64,000 nucleotides of DNA, taken from assembly GCA_965209085.1 (NCBI GenBank), contig OZ242376.1, positions 1,152,001 through 1,216,000 on the forward strand. Reading direction: 5' to 3'. Under the pieces are notes generated by a model. That model saw only the letters and a program-made list of their open reading frames with translations, was not told where the DNA came from and searched no databases. Below, one piece after another: positions 20,320 to 30,114 of the stretch. Positions within the stretch are counted from its first letter, which is position 1; the number at the start of each line of letters is the position of its first letter. The stretch comes from Nitrosopumilaceae archaeon (lineage in GTDB: Archaea; Thermoproteota; Nitrososphaeria; Nitrososphaerales; Nitrosopumilaceae). A program made the translations under genes and the position numbers.

Positions 20320-21441
20320 CTAACTGTAATTTTGTTCAAAATCCCGATTCTCCTTTAGCAACCAGTAAATCACCTTTAGCATTTTTCCAGCTGCTGCAAC
20401 TGCAGCCTTAGAGTTTCCTCTCTTTCTTGCAAGCCGCTTGTAAAATATTGAAATGTCACTTTTTGGTGCATGCAGTACGTGCGAGCGTATTGCCTCAACT
20501 AGAACCCACCTGAGCATTCTGCTTCCTCTTTTTGTTATGTGTCCATGATGTACGAGATTGGCAGAATTGCGGACCGATGGTGCAAGTCCTGCGTATGATT
20601 TTAGCTTTTCAGGATCAGAGAATCTCTCAACATTATCAATCTCAGATGCAATCGTTAATGCCGTAAAATCTGCAATTCCGGGGACAGTTTTGAGTATATC
20701 GGCATACCGGCTTGTACGTGCACTCTTGTAGATCAGTACATTGGCTTTTTGTATCTGATTGTCATAAAGGCCAACGGATGCAAGAAAACCGTCTATTCGA
20801 TAGTCGTTTATGGCTTAAAGGCTTGCAATGTATTTGTACGAAAACGTACGTCCTGGAATTTTAATTCCTTTTTGGAGCAGTATTCCATGTATGGAATTTT
20901 TCATATTTGTTCTCGCCTGTACAAGTTTGTGCCTGTATCGGACCAGTTGTCTTTGCTCTACAATCTTTTTACCTGGAACATGGCACTCGTTGATATATCC
21001 TCCTCGCAGCAAATTTGCCAAAATTTGCGCATCAACTTTGTCTGTTTTTTTAGTGGATGCGGCAATGGCCTTTGTCTGATATGGGTTTGAGAGAATCACA
21101 TCAAGATTTAGTCTATCGGTCATGTATCGGAACAGTCCGTACCAGACAGATGATGACTCCATTACCATCTTTGAACCCTCTGGTATGCTTGTTTGGAAAA
21201 ACTTTCTAATGTCCGCGTGTCTGTTTTCAACACGCGTGTTTAAGATCAGTTTGCCTTTGCCGTCAATTGCTGCTATCTGGAGAAATTCTTTATGGGCGTC
21301 AATTCCAACAAACATGGATTTCCTATTAAATGCCCTAGTGTTTTTGTTTGCATTTTGGGCTTTGTTTTTGGGCTTGCGTTTGTTGACTAATACGGATTTA
21401 TCATTTAAGCAACCATCTGAATTCCTTGATTTCTTGGGCAC
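20320..21441 (-). pseudogene. IS110 DEDD transposase with one in-frame TAA (20815-20817)
   Basis: VGIDAHK, MESS, KTDKVDA; the same frame continues after the stop with LKTVPGI, SYAGLAPSVRNSA, GHITKRGS. Confidence 0.9.
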
Positions 21442-21687
21442 ATATGGTTAGGTATGCTACGTTGACATTTTAGTATTATTGCTATTGCATTAATTTCATT
21501 AATCATACCAGGCACACATTTAGCATATGTGTTTTATTCAGAATCAGATGATCTATACAATGGTGATCAATACAATACAGATCAGTTTAAAGATAAATTA
21601 TTAGCATTAGGCACATTTTTGCCATTTCTCAGAAATGATATTTTTCAAGTTGAATTAACATACGGTTATGATGCAGTGGGATTTTAT

Positions 21688-21925
21688 GTAAATGGCTAAT
21701 CCTACAAACCCCTCTCAGAGGATTTTAACCAATTCTGTGTGCGGATTGATACCCCTCATACGCATGGTCTCATAAAAGGCCAGAATAACACCAAACCTTC
21801 TCATGCCTTTTGCATTTTTCAGTCTTCCCTATTCCTTGCGGTACGGTGCGACAGGACATATTGCACGCTCGGCTGCATTGTTTGTCGGTGCCATTCCAGG
21901 ATGCTACAAAAACGTAAACAAATTG
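21688..21925 (-). mobile_element. IS66-family right-end remnant
   Basis: GTAAATGG terminus; homologous to 29860-30114. Confidence 0.75.
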
Positions 21926-22175
21926 GGTGGGAGGGATCAAAGCTAATTTGTCCTAACTGACTTGGTTTCCATGGCTTTACCCTTTGATTTTTTGCTTTCA
22001 TTATAATCGAGGTTAACATTTGGTGTGATCTGGCAAGATTTCCTCGTCGTTTGTGCTTTGTTGATTTCATTAAATTGACTCTGATCTACTGATTCAAAGC
22101 TTTTTCGGTCATTTACGTTCATGATCTAAAAGCTTTATGGTATGTTTTTGATTTTACTCATGGACAGAGCTACGT
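21926..22175 (-). mobile_element. 5' fragment of the IS5-family element found at ~41455
   Basis: Identical N-terminus MKSTKHKRRGNLARSHQMLTSIIMKAKNQ and matching upstream DNA. Confidence 0.8.
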
Positions 22176-22211
22176 TCTGCCTAAATCATAAATTGAAGTT
22201 ATTTTTGCGCG

Positions 22212-22407
22212 TTAGTAAAGTTTGCCCGCAAATCAAATAGCACGTTTTTGTGCACACGGCCACGTATAATATTCTGTTTTTTGCCATGTATGTGACATTT
22301 TGATTTATTTTGTTGTCTGTTTGAGAACATTATTCACTATGCGTTTTGATCATGACAACACCATAATCAAAATTGTATGTCACTGTGATTGATTATGCAT
22401 AAACTCT
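22212..22407 (+). mobile_element. 3' end and TIR of the IS5-family element found at 31844-33198
   Basis: KVCPQIK* followed by a 3' UTR alignable to the reverse complement of 31844-32030; ends ATTATGCATAAACTCT. Confidence 0.8.
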
Positions 22408-24056
22408 AATGGCATTATGAAACTGGTTCTTGTTGGAATATTTAATTTCAGAATATTCCATTTTTTCCAATCATCTAAATATGCACGTTGTAGGATAAGA
22501 GCTTGTTGTTTAACGTTGATGGCAATTGTATAATTAATATTACAGTCTAGCGCTTTATCAAAACAATTAATTGCATCATTAAAATTTAATTTTAATATAG
22601 AAAATAATCCTTTTTCTGTATATAATTGTGGATCACTTGGATTAATTTTAATCGCTGAATCATAAAATTTTAATGTATTTACATCATCATTCATTTGCAT
22701 ATACATTCTAGCTATTCCAATATAAGCATGTGATTGGTTTGGATTAATTTCTAAAACTTTTTTATGAAAATTGATTGCATTTTCAAATTCCATGATCCTA
22801 GATAATGCCATTGCATGCAGCATATATGCCTCCTCATATTTTGGATCTAGTTTTACCATTAATTTACAATATTTTATAACATCATGAAATTTATTTTGTC
22901 GATATAAAATATTACATTTTCCTGCATACGCAAATATTTCATTAGGATCTAACTTTAAAGCCTCATCGTAACATGCTAATGATGCATCGAATTCTTTGTG
23001 ATTTAGTAATAATGTGCCTTTTGCAATATGTGCTATTATGTAAGTTGGTTCTAAGTGGATTATTTTATCATAACATTCTAAAGATTCTTCTTTACGATTA
23101 AGTTGTTTTAAAGCTCGTGCTTTTCTTATATATGCAAATATGTATGTTGCATCTAATTCTATAGCTTTATCATAACATGCTAGTGATTCATCAAATTTAT
23201 TCATAGCTTGTAATGCATCTCCTTGATACACATACGCGTCTATTATCGATGAATCCATATCTATTATATTTGTGAAACATGTGTACGCCTCGGAATAATT
23301 TAATAAATCGTATAATGCATTTCCTTTATGCATATATGAAGATATGTCATTAGGTTTTAATTCTAACGATTTATCATAATACATTATAGCTATAGAATAT
23401 TTTTTATTTTTATAATATTCATTACCTTTTATTCTACATTTGTTATTATCTTTCATCATGTTAACTTCCTTCATAATAGATTCTAATACATCCTGTGGCT
23501 CTTTTAGATTTTGTGTTGTTTTAATATCTAATACATCTGATTTTATATTTTCAATACCAGACATCATATTAACTATTATTTCCTTATTATTATTATAATT
23601 ATAATGTGATGCCATAGAATATGATGCAGATTCAGGATTTTTTTCAGCATAAATTATATGATCTTTCAATAATTGTTTTTCGTTAACAAATGATTCTGAA
23701 TCCATATCTATAGATATTATTCTTATAGTTGTTATGTCAAATGGAATATTGGTCGACATATTTTTTCTTTTAACAATTATTGTTGGTTTAATTTGTGCAT
23801 GCCTAAGCCCTAATTCATACATGACATTAGGATTATTTCCCGAAATATCTGCAATAACTATATCTGACATGACTAATTTTTCCATAATTTGGTTTGGTAA
23901 CGATCCCGGTTGATTTATTTTATCAGATCTTAACACAACATCATAATTTAATTCTTGTAAAACTGGAGAAAATATTTTATTAAATATTATATCGGATGTT
24001 ATACGAATATTACTTTCTTCTTTATCTAACGGTGATATGACGAAACAAGATTTCAA
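22380..24056 (-). CDS. Nucleoside 2-deoxyribosyltransferase-like (TIR-like fold) domain fused to TPR repeats
   Basis: N-terminal CFVISP...RSDKI..PGS...SDIVIADISGNNPNVMYELGLRHA; about 9 TPRs follow; the last ~9 codons come from an IS end. Confidence 0.8.
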   Translation of the reverse strand: MKSCFVISPLDKEESNIRITSDIIFNKIFSPVLQELNYDVVLRSDKINQPGSLPNQIMEKLVMSDIVIADISGNNPNVMYELGLRHAQIKPTIIVKRKNMSTNIPFDITTIRIISIDMDSESFVNEKQLLKDHIIYAEKNPESASYSMASHYNYNNNKEIIVNMMSGIENIKSDVLDIKTTQNLKEPQDVLESIMKEVNMMKDNNKCRIKGNEYYKNKKYSIAIMYYDKSLELKPNDISSYMHKGNALYDLLNYSEAYTCFTNIIDMDSSIIDAYVYQGDALQAMNKFDESLACYDKAIELDATYIFAYIRKARALKQLNRKEESLECYDKIIHLEPTYIIAHIAKGTLLLNHKEFDASLACYDEALKLDPNEIFAYAGKCNILYRQNKFHDVIKYCKLMVKLDPKYEEAYMLHAMALSRIMEFENAINFHKKVLEINPNQSHAYIGIARMYMQMNDDVNTLKFYDSAIKINPSDPQLYTEKGLFSILKLNFNDAINCFDKALDCNINYTIAINVKQQALILQRAYLDDWKKWNILKLNIPTRTSFIMPLEFMHNQSQ

Positions 24057-24354
24057 TTATATTCTAAACCTCTATAGAATGGGAACATGATTTGCATCAA
24101 AAAAGACACGATCTAACACATCATTTGATTGTTACGATCGTATTATGTCATTTCACAACCGTTATTGATCTAATGTCATTCATTTCGAAGATTGTAAAAT
24201 ATATAAAATAAAAAAAGAAAGGGTTTGACAGCACCCCAATAGCATTCTACCTTACTGTACGTCTTTTTACGGTCAGAGCCCACTGTGGCTTCAGACCACA
24301 TCCGGTCCATTATCACTGGATTCAAATCCCACTTTTGCCACGTTTTTGTACGAC

Positions 24355-24435
24355 GACCATGGCAAGACAAAAATGAGCCCCCGATCCTTTCATTTTTAAT
24401 GCAAAAAACGTTCTCTTTCTACAAGGGCCACACCA
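24355..24435 (+). mobile_element. Isolated IS3-family right end
   Basis: AAAATGAGCCCCCGATCCTTTCATTTTTAATGCAAAAAACGTTCTC...CACCA resembles 34513-34580. Confidence 0.7.
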
Positions 24436-24464
24436 TTATACGGTCTATTGTAATTATGTTAGAT

Positions 24465-25310
24465 TTACCAATCATACTTACCTTTTCTATTTTCAAATTT
24501 ATCAATACTAAATTCTATTTCTGAAAAAGCTTTAGACACACCAACCTGCAGTATTGGAGAGCTGTACATATACATGCCACCAACATTACTAAAAAACCGT
24601 CCATTTGGATCGATCATTATATATGATTCAGTCATAGCATCATTATCTTCAGAGATAATTTGAAGTTGATCATTTTCCAGGCATTTATTTTTTGTAACAA
24701 AACTCTGGAATTTCTCAGAACTGACAAGTAATTTTTCAATTTTGCCGTCATTTTGGCCTTTTATTGGAAGTGCCTGAAATATCTTCCAACGTTTTGGATG
24801 AATTATTTTAATCAATTCTCTGAAATCTTCATTATAATTCCAATCAGTAACCACCGTGTTTAGTTTTACTTTAATCCCCATTTTGTGACATTTTTTAACT
24901 AGATGTATCGATTTTTTAATATAATCTCCTTTTCCACGACCTAATTTCTGCTGTACATCTTCATGGGTTGAATCTATACTAAAAGCAACCCAATCAAGGT
25001 ATTTGCCATAATTTTCCAATAATTTTTCAAGATGAGCACCATTAGTAACCAAACATGTAATCATACCAAGTTGCTTTGCATGAACTATTACATCACCAAG
25101 ATTTTTGAATAGAGTTGGCTCTCCACCTACGAAAGTAATTTTTTCAGTTCCAGCCATGTGCAATTGTGTTAAAATTTGTTGAATTTGATCTAAATTGAGT
25201 GGTATTCGGATGAGTTCATCATTAAATGTTGCAAAGCAATATTCACAGTGTTCATTACATATTTTGATTAAATGAAAATTTACTGAAAGTGGGATATTGG
25301 ATTTAAGCAA
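24465..25310 (-). CDS. pVip: Prokaryotic viperin (RSAD2-like radical SAM antiviral enzyme)
   Basis: SVNFHL..CNEHCEYCF, KITFVGGEP, KLNTVV, RWKIFQAL.IKGQND, EDNDAMTESYIMIDP.GRF are characteristic viperin motifs. Confidence 0.92.
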   Translation of the reverse strand: MLKSNIPLSVNFHLIKICNEHCEYCFATFNDELIRIPLNLDQIQQILTQLHMAGTEKITFVGGEPTLFKNLGDVIVHAKQLGMITCLVTNGAHLEKLLENYGKYLDWVAFSIDSTHEDVQQKLGRGKGDYIKKSIHLVKKCHKMGIKVKLNTVVTDWNYNEDFRELIKIIHPKRWKIFQALPIKGQNDGKIEKLLVSSEKFQSFVTKNKCLENDQLQIISEDNDAMTESYIMIDPNGRFFSNVGGMYMYSSPILQVGVSKAFSEIEFSIDKFENRKGKYDW

Positions 25311-25728
25311 GATTTTTCAGATCCTTTAATTTTTTTAGATCATAAGTTGCAATATTCTCTTGTTTGGAAGCCTTTAGCATATTATTATCAAATGTTACAA
25401 TAGTTGATTCATGAAATTTGGCTGCAGCTAGTATAAGACTATCTGGATAATGGCATATTTCATATTTGGATTCAATGATCTTGGCATATTTCTCCATTGT
25501 TTCGTTTGTTTGAAAAACTGATACTGAAGATCCAAAAAATATTACTTTTTCCACAATGTCAGTATATGATATGTTTTTCTTTTTTTTAGACCAATACACC
25601 TTTTTCACTTCTCCTAGAACAGTATCCATTAAAATGATTGTAGAATATCCACTATTGAATAATAAAGGAATATTCTTGGGGTTGAAACGAAGAACCTGGA
25701 TTACTATACACGAGTCTAAGACTATCAT
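25303..25728 (-). CDS. PIN-domain (VapC-like) ribonuclease
   Basis: IVLDSC, VLGEV, HYPDSLILAAA, TIVTFD: the conserved acidic residues are present; 8-bp overlap with viperin. Confidence 0.88.
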   Translation of the reverse strand: MIVLDSCIVIQVLRFNPKNIPLLFNSGYSTIILMDTVLGEVKKVYWSKKKKNISYTDIVEKVIFFGSSVSVFQTNETMEKYAKIIESKYEICHYPDSLILAAAKFHESTIVTFDNNMLKASKQENIATYDLKKLKDLKNLA

Positions 25729-25820
25729 GCATTATAATCATATGATGCTTAATTCATAACCTTGTTTACCATACAATACCATTCAAGTCTATGCCAATTG
25801 TGAATTTTTAAATAGAATTC

Positions 25821-27614
25821 ATGATTTTTCATATTATATATATGAAATTATCAGACAGGGAGATGAAAATATTAGAAACAATTGAAAAGAAACCCAGAAT
25901 ACAGCAAAATGATCTTTTAGACATAATCAACGCCAAGGCAAATGTTACAGTTTTGAAAGATATTGAAAAATTAATCTTGCAGGACATGATTTTTGGTTAT
26001 AAAATTGGTCAAAATAGATTTTATGAGTTAGAGCCACATCAAGCATTTTATAGAAATTTAGTAATACAAATAAAATATAGAATAACACAATTGATGAACA
26101 TAATAAAAAATATTGAAAAAAAAACTTCAAAATATGGATTGGCTGTGTTACATAACATACAAGAGAATTTTTCACTTTATAATTACAATCCAAGAGATTT
26201 TAAAAATGAAATTGATTGTATAATTCATGATAAACCATATGATGAAATGTCTGCATATCGTCAAAAGATTATCAAAAATATTTCCATGGTAAAAAATACA
26301 ATTAAAGATAATTTATTTGGAATGTCTAATAAATCCATAAATGATATACATATAGAATGTAATCATCTATGTAAAAAATATATAGCTTTAATGCATGATC
26401 GAAATAAAATGAATATATCAAAAGAACGATTTTTGTTAGATGACGAAATTAAAATAGTCGAACACAAATATGCGATACTACATAAGCAATTTTATATTTT
26501 GGAAAAACATTCTAAAATATATATAAAAAATAACCAAGACATAAATGAAATATATGATAGTGATGATTTACACAATAAAAATCATAATGTTATAAAAAAA
26601 AATATACCCGATTCAAATGATGATCAATACTGTAAACGATGTGAAGAAATTTTAGAAATAATATCATATCATGGTTCGCCGATACGTATGTTTATAACCA
26701 ATATTCTATATAATCAACGAAGTTCTATGACCCCCAATACCATTATTAAACACATTACAGATTTAATCAATGCAAAAAGAATTCACATTTTTACAAATGG
26801 TAAAAATACGGCATATTATTTAGCTGATGATGCAAGATATGTTAACTCAAAAAAACAAATTAATGAAAAAATTGAAGAGTGGTACGACATATTGTCCATG
26901 CTAGAACAAAAATCAGATATGTACGATATTGCCATACAAAGAAGTATCTTGAGTTGTTTAAATAAATCGTTTGGGTTGTTACAAGAATTTAACAAAAATA
27001 TGTTTGGAGAATATGCAAAACACGAAGAATCTCTTAGACATGAAACCAACATTCATGAAATGTTTATCACAATATGTCAAAAAATTGATATTGAAAAATT
27101 ACTCAAAAATGTATTAGACAAATGTAAACAAATAAGAGATATTCTATACTATATTAATAAAACATCTAAACATGTCTTTCAATCAGATCAACCTATCAAA
27201 TATTCAGATAATAGTTTAATTCAATTACAAAATGCTGAAAATGATTTGAAAAGATTATGTTATGAGAAAATAGGATATAATGATCCAAAGATTCAAAAAA
27301 TATTTGAAAAACTGTTTATAAATATAGATGGAATGATCGATATGTTATCTAAAAAATCTTTAAAAAATATAGATGAGTATTATAAATTATTTAGAAATAT
27401 AGACGAATTGCTAAGTGACATACATGCTGAAAATACAGATATTGCATCAATTGAAGTTAATTTAATTTTATTAAAAACAGATATGGTTAAAAATCGTACA
27501 ACCAAAAATGAAAATTATGATGAGTTAGTAGAACGTCTGATATCGCTTTTTAAATATTCATGCCATCACGAATTTATTAAAAAATTAATAATTGATTGTT
27601 GTAAGACATCATAA
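25821..27614 (+). CDS. Hypothetical protein with two winged-helix-like segments and helical/coiled-coil regions
   Basis: LSDREMKILETIEKKPRIQQNDLL...GQNRFYEL and a second EILEIISYHG...GKNTAYYL segment; very AT-rich. Confidence 0.7.
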   Translation: MIFHIIYMKLSDREMKILETIEKKPRIQQNDLLDIINAKANVTVLKDIEKLILQDMIFGYKIGQNRFYELEPHQAFYRNLVIQIKYRITQLMNIIKNIEKKTSKYGLAVLHNIQENFSLYNYNPRDFKNEIDCIIHDKPYDEMSAYRQKIIKNISMVKNTIKDNLFGMSNKSINDIHIECNHLCKKYIALMHDRNKMNISKERFLLDDEIKIVEHKYAILHKQFYILEKHSKIYIKNNQDINEIYDSDDLHNKNHNVIKKNIPDSNDDQYCKRCEEILEIISYHGSPIRMFITNILYNQRSSMTPNTIIKHITDLINAKRIHIFTNGKNTAYYLADDARYVNSKKQINEKIEEWYDILSMLEQKSDMYDIAIQRSILSCLNKSFGLLQEFNKNMFGEYAKHEESLRHETNIHEMFITICQKIDIEKLLKNVLDKCKQIRDILYYINKTSKHVFQSDQPIKYSDNSLIQLQNAENDLKRLCYEKIGYNDPKIQKIFEKLFINIDGMIDMLSKKSLKNIDEYYKLFRNIDELLSDIHAENTDIASIEVNLILLKTDMVKNRTTKNENYDELVERLISLFKYSCHHEFIKKLIIDCCKTS

Positions 27615-27635
27615 ATATCCATAGGGATTATTTAT

Positions 27636-28522
27636 TAGATGCCTTGCGTAATAAAGAAATTCGATCATGCAGTCCAAACTTTTAGATCACATCGATCTAT
27701 TTTCATGCATGTTTACGGTGTTTTATATTCTCAGAAACGATAATGCGCAAAAAACCACGTGCATTCAAGGCGTTTACCGTTCTTACGGTCGAAGAATTTG
27801 ATTCCTTGATTCCGGGCATACGTAAAAAATATCTTGAATGTCAGCTGGATGTTGCAGATACAGCAGAAAGACAACAAAGTCCAGGAGAGGCATGAAACAT
27901 CACTTGTCACTGCCAGATCGGTTAATAATGACGCTTGTTTATTTACGAGAATACCAGTCGTATGAAAAAATAGGATACATGTTTGACTTGGATCAAAGTA
28001 ATGTACAACGAAACATAGGCATGATTCTAAAGATATTGGCAGATATTCTTCCAACTCCACATAACCTACACAAACAAGTTTTAGAAATAAAATCTTCCAA
28101 AGATCTTGAAAAGAATTTTCCCGACAATTATTGCGTTACAGATGCTACCGAACAACGGGTATGGCGTCCAAGTGACAAGGATGAGTAAAAGAAAAACTAT
28201 TCTGGCAAGCACAAAACACATACTAGAAAAACAACAGAAGTCATAAACGGAAACGGAATGATCTTGTATAGCTCAACGTCATATCCTGGCAGTGTACACG
28301 ATTATGCCATTGTAAAAGAGAACCACCCACTGCAGTGTGAAAACAAAATTACGCAGGATCTGTTGAATTCTGTTTCAAATTTCTATGATAGCACATATCA
28401 TGGAATACATGACGCATTTCCACAAGCAAATTCGATCATATCCTGCAAAAAATATAAAAACAAAAAGAGAACCCATGAACAAATATTTCACAATAAATTA
28501 CTCTCAAGCGTACGTGTGCAGA
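27636..28522 (+). pseudogene. Truncated, frameshifted copy of the IS5 element at 17734-18992
   Basis: Near-identical DNA with the same left TIR; stops and frameshifts; cut by IS630 at 28523. Confidence 0.9.
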
Positions 28523-29744
28523 TATAGTATAAGAATTTATAATTTACATTTTATCACAAACACACCGAATACAATCTCCATAGTAACAATTACCCCACAT
28601 TATTGTTTCTAAAAAATTAGATAATCGTGCAGTTTGACAAGTTTCATCTGATTAGACAATATGACCCGGTCAATTTTCTTTTTCAGATGTCTGATCGATT
28701 CAAAATGCCCATTTGATATGCATTTTCGTAAAACACGCCACTGGATTTCTATTGGGTTCAGCTCTGGCGTATACGGTGGAAGATAAATTAAACTGATTCG
28801 TCCTTTTCTAGATTTGATGTATTCAAATACGTCACGGTGGCGATGATAAGATGCATTATCATGCACTATTGTCACACGGCCAAACTCTTTTTCCAGGATT
28901 TTTATAAAATCCAAATGACTGTCTTTGTTTGCTTTATCGTAAAACTCGAATATGAAAGAATCCTTGCTTAAAGCTCCAAACATGGTTATTCTGTGTCTGG
29001 TCGGATCTAATGGAACTTGGGGTTTGCTGCCTATGAGGTACCATGCGTTACGGATATTGGTTGTTGGGTAAAGATGAATCTCATCCATGGATACAGTTAC
29101 TGCTCCGTGTGCCTCTCTTTGTGCCAATATGTGCCTAGTTTTTTTTTAAAGCGTTCCTGTTCACTCTTTGATGCAGCTTTGGGATGGTACTGACGGGGTT
29201 TTTGAATTGTAAATCCAAGACGTTTGAGTAAATTTTGTACAGAACGTGGGACATATTGTACCTTGAATTTTTTCCAAATGTGATCCGTTACCATTACAGT
29301 AGACCATGCGGACTGACTATATCCGCATTTTTCAGGTCCGGCAATCAGATCCTTTGTTAGTTTTTCAAGCTGTTTTTCTGAAAGATGGCATTCCCTGCCA
29401 AGACGTTTTATGTTGTATCTTGAGGCTAGTCCATCCTCCATTACCCGTATGAGCCATTTGCATACTGTTGTCTCTTTTACGCCAAGCTCCTCGCCAATCT
29501 TCTCCATTGTTTTGTCCTGTTTTCTTTTAATCCATGAGAGAATACGCTGTTTTGCAACTGGAATCTTTTCTTTTGCATAACAATTTCTAAGATATGTGAT
29601 GCTCATGTTTGGCATGAACTTGATGCCTGCCGGAATTCTGTTCTGTCGCGTCATATTTGCTCTTAAATCTGGTGCGATCTAAACGTAGCGATTAAATTTT
29701 TGTTACAGAGTGGTTAAACGTAATTAATAACTTCTTATACTATA
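28523..29744 (-). mobile_element. IS630-family element, two ORFs (29097-29654, 28609-29127) probably joined by a -1 frameshift
   Basis: Terminal TATAGTATAAGAA / TTCTTATACTATA; MDE, HDNASYH, LPPYTPELNPIE; slippery TTTAAAAAAAAA in the ORF junction region. Confidence 0.9.
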
Positions 29745-30114
29745 TTTTGATGCAAAAGCTAGGAAAAAAGCAAAACCGGAAGAATGTGATCTGCCGGTAC
29801 AGGATGTCTTGACAATCGCAGAATCCTACAAAAATGCCGGAAAACAGTTTGGAGTAAAACTTGCCAATGCCACACCCAATTTGTTTACGTTCTTGCAGCA
29901 TCCTGGAATGGCACCGACAAACAATGCCGCCGAGCGTGCAATACGTCCTGTCGCACCGTACCGCAAGGAAAAGGGAGGGCTGAAAAACGCAAAAGGCATG
30001 AGAAGGCTTGGTGTCATTCTGACCTTTTATGAGACCACGCGTATGAGGGGTATCAATCCGCACACAGAATTGGTTAAAATCCTCTGAGAGAGGTTTGGAG
30101 GGTTAGTCATTTAC
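29745..30114 (+). mobile_element. IS66-family 3' remnant
   Basis: LFTFLQHPGMAPTNNAAERAIRP; ends CATTTAC (GTAA TIR). Confidence 0.85.

Larger units (their letters stand above)
20112..21450 (-). mobile_element. IS110-family (IS1111-like) element, full length
   Basis: Minus-strand ends TAA-CCAT-ATGTGCC and GGCACAT-GGA-TAA (sub-terminal IR); DEDD transposase; about 200 nt of 3' non-coding region. Confidence 0.9.

Noticed and set aside
21454-21699. Signal-peptide-like reading frame between ISs
   Set aside because: Stop at codon 4 and truncated by IS66; too little evidence to name.
24270-24345. tRNA-like GGATTCAAATCCC
   Set aside because: No acceptor stem, D-arm or anticodon arm could be built.
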